64,000 nt of DNA. It comes from Daphnia carinata (taxonomy: Eukaryota). A model generated the notes under the pieces. It worked only from the letters and a program-made list of their open reading frames with translations, did no database searches and was not told where the DNA came from. The stretch is taken from positions 2,914,001-2,978,000 of the forward strand of contig NC_081331.1 in NCBI RefSeq assembly GCF_022539665.2, written 5' to 3'. The position numbers and the translations under genes are program-made. This document shows, piece by piece, positions 1 through 13,367 of the stretch (position 1 is its first letter; every line of letters begins with the position of its first letter).

Positions 1-2692
1 TTAATTCTTTTTTTTTTTTTTTACATTCTCTGTTTCCTTTACATTCTCGAGTCTCGGATTCGTTCGCATCATTGACGAATTCCAAATTGGAATTTTTGGG
101 CAGTATGCCATCGTTTCTTCTTGTTTCGATAATAAATCAAAAATTACCAATTTAAAACAAGAAAACCCCATCCATTCTCGCTAATCGACTGGGCCGTCTT
201 AGTGCTAATGATGGCAGTATCCTTTTTAGTTCATTTTTTTTTTTTATGAAGGAAAAAAAAAACCTGTCTCTGTGGCTGGCCAGTCAAAAAGGGGTGGAGA
301 CCCAAACCCATTTTCAGGTGGGGAGGGTTTCTTTCCTTAAGAAAAGAAAGAAAAAAAAATAGAAAGGTGGGCATAACTAAGGCTCTTATCTCATAGCACC
401 ACCCGTGGCGATCCCACCTACCTCCCACAATCTTTTTTTTTTTTTCCTTTTGAAAAAGAAAAAAAAAAAAAAAGAAGAAAACATTCCAGGTTTAAACTTT
501 TTTTCTTTTATCTCGTATCCTGCGGCTACAGCATTTCTTTTCCCCTTCGGATTTGTTTTTTTTTTTTTACACACGAGCGTTGTAAGGTGTAGGGGAAGGA
601 GATTCATCGCCGCAGGGTAGTCAGGTGAAAAAAAAAATACAAAAATTCAAAGTGTACAACGCCATCTTTAAACCAGAATAAACCGGTTGGCGGTAGATTA
701 GTTGAAAAAAAAAAAGACTTTCAGGAAATGGCAACAACAACAACAACAATTCAATTGTCTAGTTGGAACCGAGAGGATCGTTTCCGCAATGTTCATTGTA
801 AAAGTTAGGCCCTAAAAACATTCAAGCGTGACTTTAGCCTACTGGAAAAGATGAGCCACCCCCCCCCCACCCCACTCTCACATTTGAAAAATGTTTTGTT
901 CAAACAGGGAGAAAAATAGTTAACCCCTCCAATGTCCCGCCACAATTCCTAGTTTTGTATCTAAAAAAAAAGGAGAGAATAAGGGATTGTAAAAACGAGT
1001 GTACTACCTGTCAGGTTTTAACCAAATGAGGGCTGTAACACAAAAAAAGGGAAATAAACTCATCCGTACGTGTGGCGTCAAACGCACGATGGAATTTCTT
1101 TTGAATTCAAAAATGAAATGACGTCGACCGCAGAATAAATTTAAAACAAAAAAAAAAAAATTTATACCAAATTTGTTAGTGTAGAGTAGTTTGAAATACA
1201 AACCTCTCTCCCTCCCCTCACTTCCCCCCCCCCCCCAAAAAAAAAAAAAATTCTTTCTTTTGCGGTTAAGAAGTCGGTGATGCGAACGGTCAGTCGGTTA
1301 TTTGGCTACACGTGAGTTGGCCCACTGAGAGTCTCTGCACACCTGTCTTTGGTCAATTTCTTTTCCAAGGTGAAGATTCCAGACATTCGGTTGCCTTTCA
1401 GACATTAGCCGGGAATGTTCGTGTTGCAAAAAATAAAAGGAAAAAGAAACCACAGTGAAAAAAAAAAAGAAAAGAAAAAAAGTTGGCCGGATCTGTCATG
1501 GCAAACATGGCGGCTCCAGCTAGACACACTCATGTGTATGTATATACACACACACACGCCAACGTTCGTGAGACAGTGACCCCATTCACGTTGACCCTAC
1601 CCCGTCTTCCGTTGGATGGATACGTTTTGTACGTTCTCTCCGACAGACGGCCATTTTGATGGCGTGTCACAAGTTGACTAACCAGTTGAGAATGATTCGT
1701 TATCTTGAACCACTCAAGTAGATACCAAAGAAAAAAACGGGAGAAGGGAATGAAAATATTTTAATAAAAATGGCGGGAGAATATGAAAATTTATTCTTTT
1801 TTTCGGGCCATCTGTTTTTTTTTTTGTTGTTGCTAAAAACAAAAAAGCTAAGCTCGTTACGCGTTCGATTTTGTTTTTTTTTTTGAATGGTTTCCGTTTA
1901 GAGAGTAAAAACAGTAGAACTAGTACTGCTCCAACCTGTATTGTTACAAACGACCAAGTGGAAAAACTGGTTGATCCTTTTTTTCGTTCCAGACTCGATG
2001 GAATTTGCTTGTTTTTTTTTCTTTTTCGATAAGCTTGTTTAAGAAAAATAAAGAATCACGAAAAACTTTTTCTGAGTGGCCATTTCGGGACACGCAGACA
2101 TCTCTGCTTGGGTGGTAATTTGATCAAAGTGGTTTTTTTTTTTAAAGCATTAATGCGCTGCTCGTCTTTCAAAAATTTTCCAGAAATATCGAGATTTCAT
2201 ATTACTAGAACGTAATCTTTCCAGTGATGAAATCAGTTCCAATCTTCTCTGACAAAGTAGGGAAAAAAAACAAGGAGCGTATCGGATATGACGGAATGAT
2301 AAGACAATGACATGCCATTGGATCGATAAATTTTTGTTGTTTTGTTAGTCGAAAAGGAAAAAAAGGTGCATGAGAACTAATTCGGTGGTTTCCTCCATTT
2401 CCTTCCCGCCATCGAGAAAATTGTTCGAATGAAATTCATTTTCAGCCGCATACATTCAACCAAAATAAAAATAGGTTTTTTTTGGTTTCTCGACTTCACA
2501 ACAGACAATGAGGCGCCCCCATGCGAGCGTGAGAAGGTCCACACGACTCAGCTACTCCCGTTGTAATGAGAGTTGTAATTCACTCGGGTCACAGTTAATT
2601 TGAAGGCTCATTTTTCCACCGAGATTCTCAAATCATTGGCAAAATAGACACGAAAACAAGCTCAAAAAGAAAGAAAAAAAATGGTAGTTCAC

Positions 2693-2794
2693 CTGTTCCC
2701 AGTGATCTTCCAGGGACGTTTGTGCAGACAAGTATCCCGTGTCATGAACGACCTGCAACTCTCGGAAGATGTTACCACTCGGTAAGATATCCAT
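2693..2794 (-). CDS. luna: First coding exon of a Kruppel-like factor 6/7 (luna) gene; the remaining zinc-finger exons lie beyond the left edge of the window
   Basis: Hand translation of the reverse strand from the ATG at 2794 gives [34 protein letters not shown], followed by the phase-0 donor CAG|GTGAAC. This matches the conserved acidic N-terminus of KLF6/KLF7/luna (MD.LP...IF.ELQ..H.TGY.SA..SLE..W.Q). At 34 codons it is below the ORF-track cutoff. Positions 1-2692 would be intron 1. Confidence 0.93.
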
Positions 2795-5700
2795 TTTGAG
2801 GAAGATGTTCAAAAAGAAGTTTGTGTTTGTGTCTAATATATTCCACCAGATGATGAATTTTTCTTCACTATTTCAAAAGCAGCGTGACGCTCAAATGTTG
2901 GATAAAAGAAACAGCTAGCAGGGGGTGAATCATACCAGCGATGACATCATCGACCGGAATCACGTTGCGCGCATGTTCCGCTCTCCTCACGTAAACAACT
3001 TTTTTTTTTATTACTCGATTCTTTTTTTTTGCACCACAGACACTACTTTCCTTTTCGTCCAATGACTTTGTCGAAGGGGAAATGCTCGAAAACTTTAAAA
3101 AAAAAAGGGGGGGGGGCTCACGAGATCACAAAGCCTGTTCTTCTTTTTTTTCCCAAACTAGTTTTCTTGGGGGGGAGAAGTAAATTTTTGTTTTCAACTA
3201 CCACCTTTTTTGTTTCAAACTGTTGCCCGCAGCACCTTACCCAACCGTCGTCACTCGTCTACACCGTCCGGTTGGGAATAATGGCGGGAAAAGAAAAACA
3301 GGAATCTTCAAGATGGCGACACACTCACTTAAAAAAAGGTGCACACAACAACACGATGCAAACAAACTTTTCTTTTGTTTTTACTTTTTCCCCTCCAAAC
3401 AAGAACACGAAAAATTTCTCGTAAAAAGAATAAACAAACTGTCGCTGTCTAGCCACACACACACATATATATATATACGCACTTTATGGAATACACAAAC
3501 ACCGAGGTTAGAGCTGGCAGAGGGTAACTAATCAAAATATCCACTACTTTCTTTACGCGGCTTCACATCCACACGGGACTAACGTTTCGCGCCGACTGAC
3601 GGAGCTGGGGGAGAGAATATTTAGAATGATGGCATGCCCAAGCACGTAGGTACTGTGTAGGTCTTAAAATGGTGTCCACCGGGTGTACTCCCACTTTCTG
3701 TGTACGGCGGTTGCCAGCGCCACCGCTTGCAGAGAATCCACCGCGTGGCGATACTCCGCCAGTTCATTTTTCTCTATTTGGGAGGGGAGTGAGGGAAAAG
3801 TTTTTCGAGTTTTTGTATTTTTTCTTTCACATTGCCGTTCGTCTCTGTTTTCATCCAATTCGTCTCTTCCCCGTTCACCCTTCTCTTCATAGTCTTTCCC
3901 AAAGGAAACATTTTTACGCGTGTGTGTTGTCTTTTTTTTTTTTTGTATACGTGCATGGGCTATTTGAATTCCATTTCGAAAAAGCACATAGGAACCTCGA
4001 GACGGGAGCACAAAGAATGTGAAACATTTCACGAATGAAGTGTTGTCTCTGTTCTTTTTGGGCAGAGCAAATGGTTTTCCCGTTGGCGTGGGTATGTTCA
4101 AACGTATGCAAACGCACTGGATGGACAGGACAAACAAAGCGAAATGACAATAATAATAAAAAAAGGCCAGAGTGATGACGATGCTACGGGCATGCCATCT
4201 AGCGTTTGATCAATTCGCAATGTGTCATCGGTGTCATCATCAGTTGAACGTGCCAACTGCAAAAGAGAAAGAAACAAGAAAGGAATGAATGAAGTCATCG
4301 ACCCATATTGTGCCATCAGTCGCAACGCTGTTGCTTACATACTTTTAAAATATTTCTTCTTTTTCCTCGAGGCTTAGGATCTAAATGCGACAGTACGGAA
4401 CCGGACGAGTCAAACAGGCAAAAAGGCGCCTTGGAATGTGCCTCGTGTTTGTCTTATCGGTACGGACGTGTTTATATTTATACAGTAAAGACTAATGTGT
4501 TGATCGTCTTTCACAAAAATACAGCGGCAGCACACATTAACCTCTTGCATCCCCCAATCAGGATATATAAATTACGAATAATGCCATATTGATATTTTTT
4601 TTCAAAACCATTACAGCGAAATGCGAGAAGTTGTGAAATAGTTCAATAAAAAAAATCTTAAAATGAAAAAAAATAAATAGAAGAGAAGGTTTAGTCAAGT
4701 GTTTTCTCTGCTTGGTGCTTATAAGCAGCCAAGTGTTCCATGATAATCGATCGCTGTGAGAACTGAGAATTGCCGAGACCTTGCAGAGTTCTCACCACGC
4801 ATAAGCACACACACACTACACGTTCGCACAGATCTTTACTGTGTGTAGACCATGTATATTCTACGAGACTTTATACTCGCATGTTCATCCGAGTATCGAC
4901 ATCAATATTTATACAGAAAGACGTTAAAAGAAAACTTTCAAGTGGCAAGGAGGATTTATAGGGAAACTAAAGTGGCTGTGCTCAAAACGCATTGAAAAAG
5001 AATCTCAAATGCGCCGTGTGTATATCCAACAGCGAACGGGCTTGTTAACTTTTTTCTATTCCTTTCTCTTTTTCTTTTACAGCCCCTTCTCTTTTATTTT
5101 AACTATTACACAGTCGTCTTCTTCCCCCACCTAAGAAAGACACAACTCGTTTGCTTTTTATGTTCATTCTGGTGGATATTGTTAGTATTTTTCTCAAAGT
5201 GTTTTCCAATCTTCATATTGTGATTTCTTCGCAACAAATGCAAATAACAGCGCTTTGTGCAGATGTAGCTTTTCATTGAACCCCACGGGCAAATATTCAA
5301 ACATGCAAATGTCTTAAATGGTTAATTAAAACACGTAACCGAGAAGGAAAGTGGAAAAAAAAAAAAATAAAAAATACTTACGTGCCTCTATCGCCATTCG
5401 TTTGCTGATGGTGGGTGGATGAAATCCTAGTCGCCAAGCATGAGATCATGGACCGAAAGGGAAAATCAGCATATTCGTGGGAGGAAGTTTCCATTCCCTT
5501 TACAGTAGGTAGGAAATGTTTGAAAAAACCGGCACTCCATCGGAAATCCTGCCGGTTATAATGACTACCTGTTTCCCTCTGAAAACCCATCAACCAAACA
5601 GGGAAAACAGGAATCGGCAATTTACTTTTCTTTGCAATTTAAAAATGTTTTTTTGGCCTCATTACTAATGCAAAACTGCTTAACACTAGCCACGTATCGG

Positions 5701-7121
5701 CTTCCCTAGTTGTTAAAAAAAACAAACAAATGGTCCTGTCCTAAGCAAAAAGAAAAATTGATAACAATCTAGAATCACGTCATCTGGCGTGGAATGCAAA
5801 CTAAGCAATTTTCATCCCCTTACCTTAAAATTCCATGCAAGACAATTTCACGTGTGTAGAAAAACCACCTACGGCCATCAATGCCATCATACGGCTGAAG
5901 GCTCCATGACGTCACATCACACTCACGCGATCACCTGTTTACTTGATAAAAATGAAAGATTTGAATAAATGTAGGATGGAGTGTACGCTTTGTTGCGGGC
6001 CTGTAACACACAAAACATAAGACATTCACGCCATGACCAAACGAATAGCCAAAGTGAATGTATTTCGGGTATTGTATTATCTAAATCCATGACATGCTGT
6101 GTGACAAGAATTCAATGTTTTTTTCTTCATGTAACAATTTCAAACGATGAGAGAGGGGTGTAGGAAAAAGATATAGAAGAGGAAGAAAGTGGTGAACAGG
6201 GGAACTGATTGCGGATGAGCGAACGATAGTTGTTTGATTGCATTTGATGCGACAGTAACGACGTCAGAATGCTAGTGAGAATAGCAGTTGGCGTGTTGCA
6301 ACATCCAATACACAGGGATCACTCATAATCGACAGGTTATTTTGCATTTACGACCCAATATCACCACTAGGGGACCTATTGACGACTATTACAGCTTAAC
6401 GACTTCATTGCATTTGCATCGAATTCAATTTTTCATTCGCAGTTACGCTTCCACCCAAGCACTTGGCCTCGAAAACAAATAGACAAGGAATGACTGTTAC
6501 TCCAAAAATCCAATGGTAAATGGTGAATCACTTAATAAAATTAAGGATGATAATGAACCCAGCTGATTATTCCGGCAAATAGACACCAGGACAGAGTAAA
6601 GACAGAGACGGAAAATTGTAGAAAAACCAACAAACAACAGGCACTTGAACAAATCCGGTTCCACCAATCAACTCAAGTTGCTCACCCTAATTCACCCAAG
6701 AACTAAAATAAAAGTGGGAAAGTATTTATGAAGAGGAAAAAGTAAGACCAGAAGGAGAAGGAAAACAAACAAGCACCATCATTTTTCTCAGTGAAGAAAA
6801 CGGGGAAGACAAGTTAACTTGGAGGGGGGGAGGAAGGGGAATAGAGTGTAGGCATGGTGTCAGGGAAACAGCAGCAGCGGTAAGCTGGATGCAAAAACAA
6901 ATGCTAGTAGGATAAATTGGAGGGTCAGTTGAGGAAAGAAAAGAGAAAAATAAACGGAAAATAACTTGTTCACTTTTCTCTCTGTTGAAATGATAATTAC
7001 AGTTGATACGGCCCTCCTTACACTTTTATAATTATTACAGAGGAAACCTCGATCTGATCGATGCCTGTTGGCGCTTCCCTTTGCGCGCTGAACCTCATTT
7101 TGTCTTTTGTTCTATAGGTTA

Positions 7122-9052
7122 TTATGTCATTGTCCCAAAGACTGGATTGTGCCTACAAATACTTGGCCCATATTCTTCATATGCAGCTTTGGTATGACAC
7201 ACTTGATAAAACTCGGGCTGCAAACCACACACAAAAAAAAAAAAAGAAAAAAAAAATGGAAAAAAGATAGCACGGTTAAACTATTTCCTTTCTTGCGTAA
7301 TTTAACGTTATCACATACCGTTGAAGCGAGCAGACTTCCGCCAAACCATACCGCATAGCGTTGCATGTGATGGGATACCACTTGAACATCTATAGGCTTC
7401 GGCTGTAAACCAAGAACAAAAATATTCAATTACAACTATTACGCCAATCCTGGATGCGGGAACAACGTATCCCGTTCAACCAACCCATTCGACCACAAAA
7501 AATTGCTGCGACTCACCGTCAGTTTCCCTCCACTCAGCTGTTCACTGGTTTTGAGTCGTGCATCAACAACACGCTTGATATCTCGTTGCAGCCGTCGACC
7601 AAAATCTTTGAACATGGTCGATCCACCAGACAATACAATGTTCTTATACAATGGCCTTCTTACGTCAATAGGGCAGTTTTGAATCACTGTATCAACTATT
7701 TCTGATATAGGGGTAGTGAAATCGGGGTTGGCAAACTGTAAGGTGTGTTGTTGAAATGCAATGTAAGTCAATTAAAATGATCATTTTGATATCAATGATT
7801 TTGTATACCTCTGGATGAAAGAAAATTTCAGGTCCCAAGAATCGTTCATAGCCAACGTCAACGCCGAACGGCTGCTTCGTGATGGAATTCATTCCCTCAA
7901 ACTTCTGCATCCACTTGTTTGGTTCAGCATCGTACTTGGCAAATTCTTTTGCGATATCTGGACAAATATAGCAGTATCGTTCCTTGACAGCTTTGGCTGT
8001 CTCAAGCGACTGCTCAGGTGGAATGCCAATTTCACGTTCACGTAAAAGTGATTGAATGAAATAGGTAATGTTGCGTCCAGCAATTGGGATGTGCTTTATG
8101 CAACTTCCAATAACATAGCCTTCAGCCTACAAAAGCAATTTGATAATGGGTTAAACCAAAAAAAATAATGAAAAGTAATACATTGCAAAGAAATTTAGCT
8201 TACCACTGGGATCACATGGGTAACTCCGTCACCACTGTCAATCACAATACCAGTTAAGGTTCTTTCACCTAATTGCCTAGAAGTCCATGAAGCTGCCAGA
8301 GCTAGGACTGCTTGGACGGCTATGTACAAGCCAGGAACATTAAAGGATTCAAACATAATCTCAGCAGTATATTCCCTATTCTCTGGGGTATTCAGAGGAG
8401 GCTCCGTAAGCAGAAAGTGGTGGTCTTCAGGTTCTGCTCTTAGATATTTAAATATGCTCTGTTCCAGAAACCGTTCCATGAGGTCCCAATCTTCTACAAT
8501 GCCATGTCGCACTGGATACTGTAAAAAAGAAATGATTAACTTTATGAAATTTTTTTAAAAATTTGGTCATTTAAAATTACAAAGCTGAATTGATAAAAGT
8601 TCACAAACAATAGCACGAAACTAGCCACTTGACACGATTTATCAGCCAAGTAAACAAACTTTGCTTCATTTGAGAGTTTACTTGTTAACACCAACAAAAG
8701 GATACTGGTTTTAAAAGCTTACTTTAACTGAATATCCTGCAGCTTCCAGTGCTTCATCACCAATAAAGAAGTCGAGATCTTCAATTCCTTTCCCTAACCT
8801 TCTCGCAGCTTGGTCACCAACTTTTGCTGTCTCTTTGATGGCTATAGCTGAAGGAATGATGTACTGAGGCTCTTTATTGCCAGCATATCCAAGTTTGGAA
8901 TACCTACAAAAATTTTTACATACATATGTTTAAAGTGTTAACCACCTTTCCAGAGCAGAAACTGAGATGAGATTGCTTCCTGACAAGGCCAACCAAGTAA
9001 AACCTTACCCAGTCCCGATGTCGATCACACAAGCCGGTAATCTTCCGGTCAT
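7122..9052 (-). CDS. Arp3: Actin-related protein 3 (Arp2/3 complex), 7 coding exons, 418 aa
   Basis: Exons: 9052-9009, 8903-8723, 8518-8204, 8126-7809, 7735-7517, 7402-7319, 7217-7122. All introns are GT-AG and in phase, total 1257 nt. Translation [24 protein letters not shown]...[38 protein letters not shown]...[15 protein letters not shown] is diagnostic Arp3. Ends in tandem TAA TAA. Confidence 0.98.
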
Positions 9053-9213
9053 TTCACACAATTTCCTTAAAACTTTGAACACTGTTTCTGTTGGTTATCC
9101 CTTATTGTGATTAGACACTGAAATTGTCAAAGAAATTAGCTTAATTCGAAACACCGGCGAGCGTCTATGAGAGCGATGAGTGTTCAATCCCCACCCCTGG
9201 CAGTGTTTCTCAA

Positions 9214-9230
9214 TGGCCACCAGGTGGCGA
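9214..9230 (+). promoter_or_regulatory. CTCF-consensus-like site upstream of Arp3
   Basis: TGGCCACCAGGTGGCGA closely matches the CTCF core CCACCAG(G/A)(G/T)GGC and lies ~160 bp upstream of the Arp3 ATG. Function is inferred. Confidence 0.5.
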
Positions 9231-11174
9231 AAACACTTCCTATGACAGATAAGGATATTGAAAATACATAAAAGCCTGCATTAGGTTATCTTGTGGGTAC
9301 GGGAATAAGATAATTAATACATGTATAAGGTCATTTTCTCAAGTAACTACGATGTAAAGAATAGGACATTGCACGGTACAAAAAATGAAGTGCGGCAGAT
9401 TTCACAATAAAGACATCTAGCGTGTTTAGTTTACACTTAGGAAAAAGCGCCCAACCAAACAACCATATAGCTATATGTGAAACAAGAACGGTTAAAACGG
9501 TAATAAAAAAATTATTTTAAGAAACAACAAAATCAGTTTATGATTGCATGAGGAAATAATTTTCTAACCAGAATCCTCGTCCTCTCTAAAAGGACATCTT
9601 CCTACTTTTTCGACTGGGTTAAGTCAAGCCTGAATTTAAAGAACAGTTTAAAAAGAAAAGCAATTTTTGCTTCCTGTCCTAGAAGGACGTTAAAATTGAT
9701 TGATGGGCTACATAGTCCATTGTAACTGACTGGGCGATGCGGATTGCAACTAGACTCACTATCGTACACATCAACCGCCATATGCTAATTTATTCAAGGC
9801 GGTAAATTTACAGGGACGCATACATTTACATAAGACTACGTTTTGTGTTCTTACGTGACACGGCATTTCAGCAGAATTGAGACTGTCACATCCCAACACC
9901 TTGAAAAGTCTCTCTTCTAACAAACAGCCCTTTATATTACCTGGCATCGCTTTTTACTCCTTCGTCCGATTTGCCTCCAACCAAACAGTTTCGCTTCAAA
10001 GTTAGCACTGTGTACGTAATTATGTATCAGCGCATTATTTGCACATGGCTGCGCCAACGTTGCTCCGGGTGATTTAAATTTCGGTTTTCCTACAAGCAAT
10101 AAAGCATATTAGTTTTTTTTTCTTTTTTAGAATTTAGTTGACGTAAACAACCAGCATTCTTTTTGCCTTCTTCCGAATGGTACACGATAGCACGAGGCCT
10201 TCGCCGATCAAAATATATTGTTAATTTGATATAAATAGAGCAACAACACAGCTAAATGCTATGAGAAATTTCTAACCTTAGGTGCTATAGCTTTCCCATC
10301 ATTTTTTTTCCTTCCTAAGAATGGGGAAAGTTTCCTGGAACTATGTTAATTTTTTAAAGTTAAAATAGATAACTATTACTTGCCACTTAACTAGCTACGT
10401 TATGGGTAAATGACATTCCTTCTGTCAATAATTCATAACTTACTACGCAAAAATAGCTGTCACTTTACTATATGCCAACTAGACACCGTTAGGCTAAGTT
10501 GTAAAGACAAAGCTGCAGATTCTGCGTAGAAAAGGCTTACTGCCTCAGATAGCAGAAATACAATTTATGCAATAGTATAAGCTCTACCTTAGCTAGTGCG
10601 CTTCATCATATTACCTTTACGATGTACAATGAAGGTTATTGTTAACATCAAAAGACGTGGCTTATTTCCTTGTTACAATTTTACAGATTTTTTATGGATA
10701 CCAGATTTTTTGTTCTGATTGAATTATTCATAATCGAATAGTCCAATGTATTGTCAAAGGTGGCCGACGTCGTTTGGTGTTTGAATATCCGTCAGTCTCA
10801 TCAATCCGATCAATACTTAGTTCAGACTTCGCGCGTGCTCAGGTTTGTCCAACGAAACGTAACTCTTCAGCGAAAGCAAGACAAACCAAATATGGATGAT
10901 AGAGGGTGAAGACTTTTGTGGAGGGGGATGGGGGGCACAGGGGTGAAAAAGAAAAGCTGATGCGCGCGCATTACGTCCGATCCGACGCTTTCAATCCGGG
11001 CGAAGGTAGCCACCATCAAAAGCTTTCAGTTTTAACGACAAGCTTCGTCCGTCTGAACGTCTGTTTCCCTACTGGAGAGAAAACGTCAGCAATATCAGGT
11101 ATGTCTACGTGATTGAAAAATGTTTTAGTTTAAATATTATTCGGCATGTCAATTTCTATTTTTAGAACGCGAAA

Positions 11175-13367
11175 ATGTGGAGCCCAGTGGTACATTCAAC
11201 AAAAAATGAAACTGGTCCCGTACCTCGGACACGCTTCAAACACGCCAGTTGTGTAGATCCCGTGAGACGAGTGGTATATCAGTTTCTTTTCTTTTTGTTT
11301 TCTTTCTTACAATGTCTCAACAAACTCTTTTATATTCCATAGGTATACCTTCTTGGTGGGCGCTCTTCTAATATTCCTTTGAAGGATTTCTGGGTTATGG
11401 ATCTCGGTGAGTTATATCGTCTCTTCTTTCAAAGCTTGCGATCTATTAACATAAATTTGAATATTGTGATGGTTTGGCAGACACTGGTATATGGACGTCA
11501 CTTGGTTGCAAAGGAGCCCCGTTAAACGTTCAAGAGCATTCCATGGTCTACTGGAACGATTGTGTCTACGTATTTGGCGGGATCTTTGCACCGGTTGACG
11601 AGTGTCCATTGTGGACATACCAGATTCGTAAGACCCCGAATATTTTTTTAGATGGAATATTTTTTAATATCCTGCGACATACCTTTTCATTTATTAGAAT
11701 AACACTTGGAGCAAATGGCAGTCAAGCAAAAGCTGTGCTCCTATTTCCAGGAAAGGTCATACAGCTGTCGTCTATGAGGATCGTATGCTCGTTTATGGAG
11801 GATATCAAGATATGCGAGGATCACTCGGAGAACTATGGCAATTCTCTTTTGGTAAAATAATCATAGCTAAATATCCATTTAAAACCAACTTTACTGCATT
11901 TCTGGTGTTAGATACCTTTTCGTGGAAAATGATTCATGGCAATAAAGCATCTAAGTCATCTGAAGTGATTCCACCTGGAAGACACAGTCACACAGCCGTG
12001 GTTTTTGATCAAGCAATGTGGGTCTATGGTGGAATGACAGATTTGGTTGAAAGATCGGATTTGTGGAGACTAGACCTAGGTAAATTTATTTTTAGGTAAT
12101 TTTTCTTGCGTACCTTTAATAGTTTTGTTATCAATCATTGCATAGTTACCATGAGATGGAGTTCGGTCAAATGTAAGCCGTTGGGTCCAGGACCACTTCA
12201 CGGACACTCGGCGGTGAGAGTCCGCTCTCACATGCTCGTAATGGGTGGCGAAAAGCAGGGCAACTTATCCGATGAAGTCTGGCGGTTTCACTTCAGTAAT
12301 TAAATTACCTTTGAAATCATAGACATGTTAGCAAAACATACGAAGCCATAGACATTGATGTAAAATTCGCACTCAAATCTTTTTCAGCAACGGAAACCTG
12401 GGAACGTCTAGAGACCCGAAATCCCAGACCGACGGCGCGTACTCAGTTAACGACCGTCGCTCTAAATGGATCTTTCTTCGCCTCTAATGATGAACCAATC
12501 TATTTGGAAGAGCGCCCTACATCAACGGGACCTAATATTGAAGACAGCGTGCCTACCGAATGCTCAACTGTTATCAACGCCGCAAACAAGTCACGTCCTC
12601 TTTTCAGCCGAAATCACGGTTACCAGCCGGTCAGTAAAAAAGATGAGGAAATAGATTGCTCCAACCCCACGGCTTGGCTAACGAAAAGCAGCACGTACTC
12701 ATTGCTCAGCAATGTGAGCACTGACAGTTTCATGTCAGAGCTAGAGGATAGAGCGCAAAACATGGTTAAACTAGACAACAATGTGTGCTCAACCCGCCGT
12801 CCAGGTCAAGCTCGAAGTGAGAGTGTTCAAAACTTTGCTTCTGTTCGCTCTTCAATCCCTCGTTCGCTGACAACGGTCCGCTTCAATCCGTTCGATCCTA
12901 ACAAAGAAATAAGCCGCGTCCAGAGAGACGAAACTTTTGACATCACAACTTCTGATTACGCTAGCGAAATAGATGAGCCGTTCCCTACTGCATTCATCGG
13001 AATCTCGAACCCAGTTTACACAGAGTATTCTTCCTGTGTGGCAGACGATTTTCTGGAAGTAGAACATCGCAATTTTGCTCAGGCGTTGAATCCATCGCTC
13101 TTTTCTAAAAATTCGCGTACTACTCGGTTGCGAAATGACGTTCTGAATCAGTTGCATCGCTTGCATCATATTGTGAACGAACGACGAGTTCAGAACACAA
13201 CGTTTCCAAATTCCTCAGATAATAATAGTTACACGGATACAAAGCATGCTGTTAATTCTTTAGCTCACAATGAAGAAGAATGGTCCATTTTAATGTTAGG
13301 TGGCAGAGAACCAGTCCAACTCACGACTTTCGATCGACCTCTTTCAATTTGGATGTTCCGGCTATAA
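11175..13367 (+). CDS. Kelch-repeat (KLHDC-type) beta-propeller protein, 7 coding exons, ~585 aa
   Basis: Exons: 11175-11273, 11343-11406, 11481-~11627, 11698-11851, 11912-12079, 12146-12295, 12388-13367. Repeated kelch signatures: RFKHAS..VYLLGG..DFW, QEHSMV..VYVFGG..PLW, RKGHTAV..MLVYGG..ELW, RHSHTAV..MWVYGG..DLW, LHGHSAV..MLVMGG..EVW, and a terminal ILMLGG..SIW. A 5'UTR intron ends at 11165. The exon3/exon4 junction is unresolved (see findings). Confidence 0.88.

Noticed and set aside
9120..9203. tRNA-like 3' end GTTCAATCCCCACCCCTGGCA upstream of Arp3
   Set aside because: No complementary 5' acceptor stem, A-box or anticodon arm could be built.
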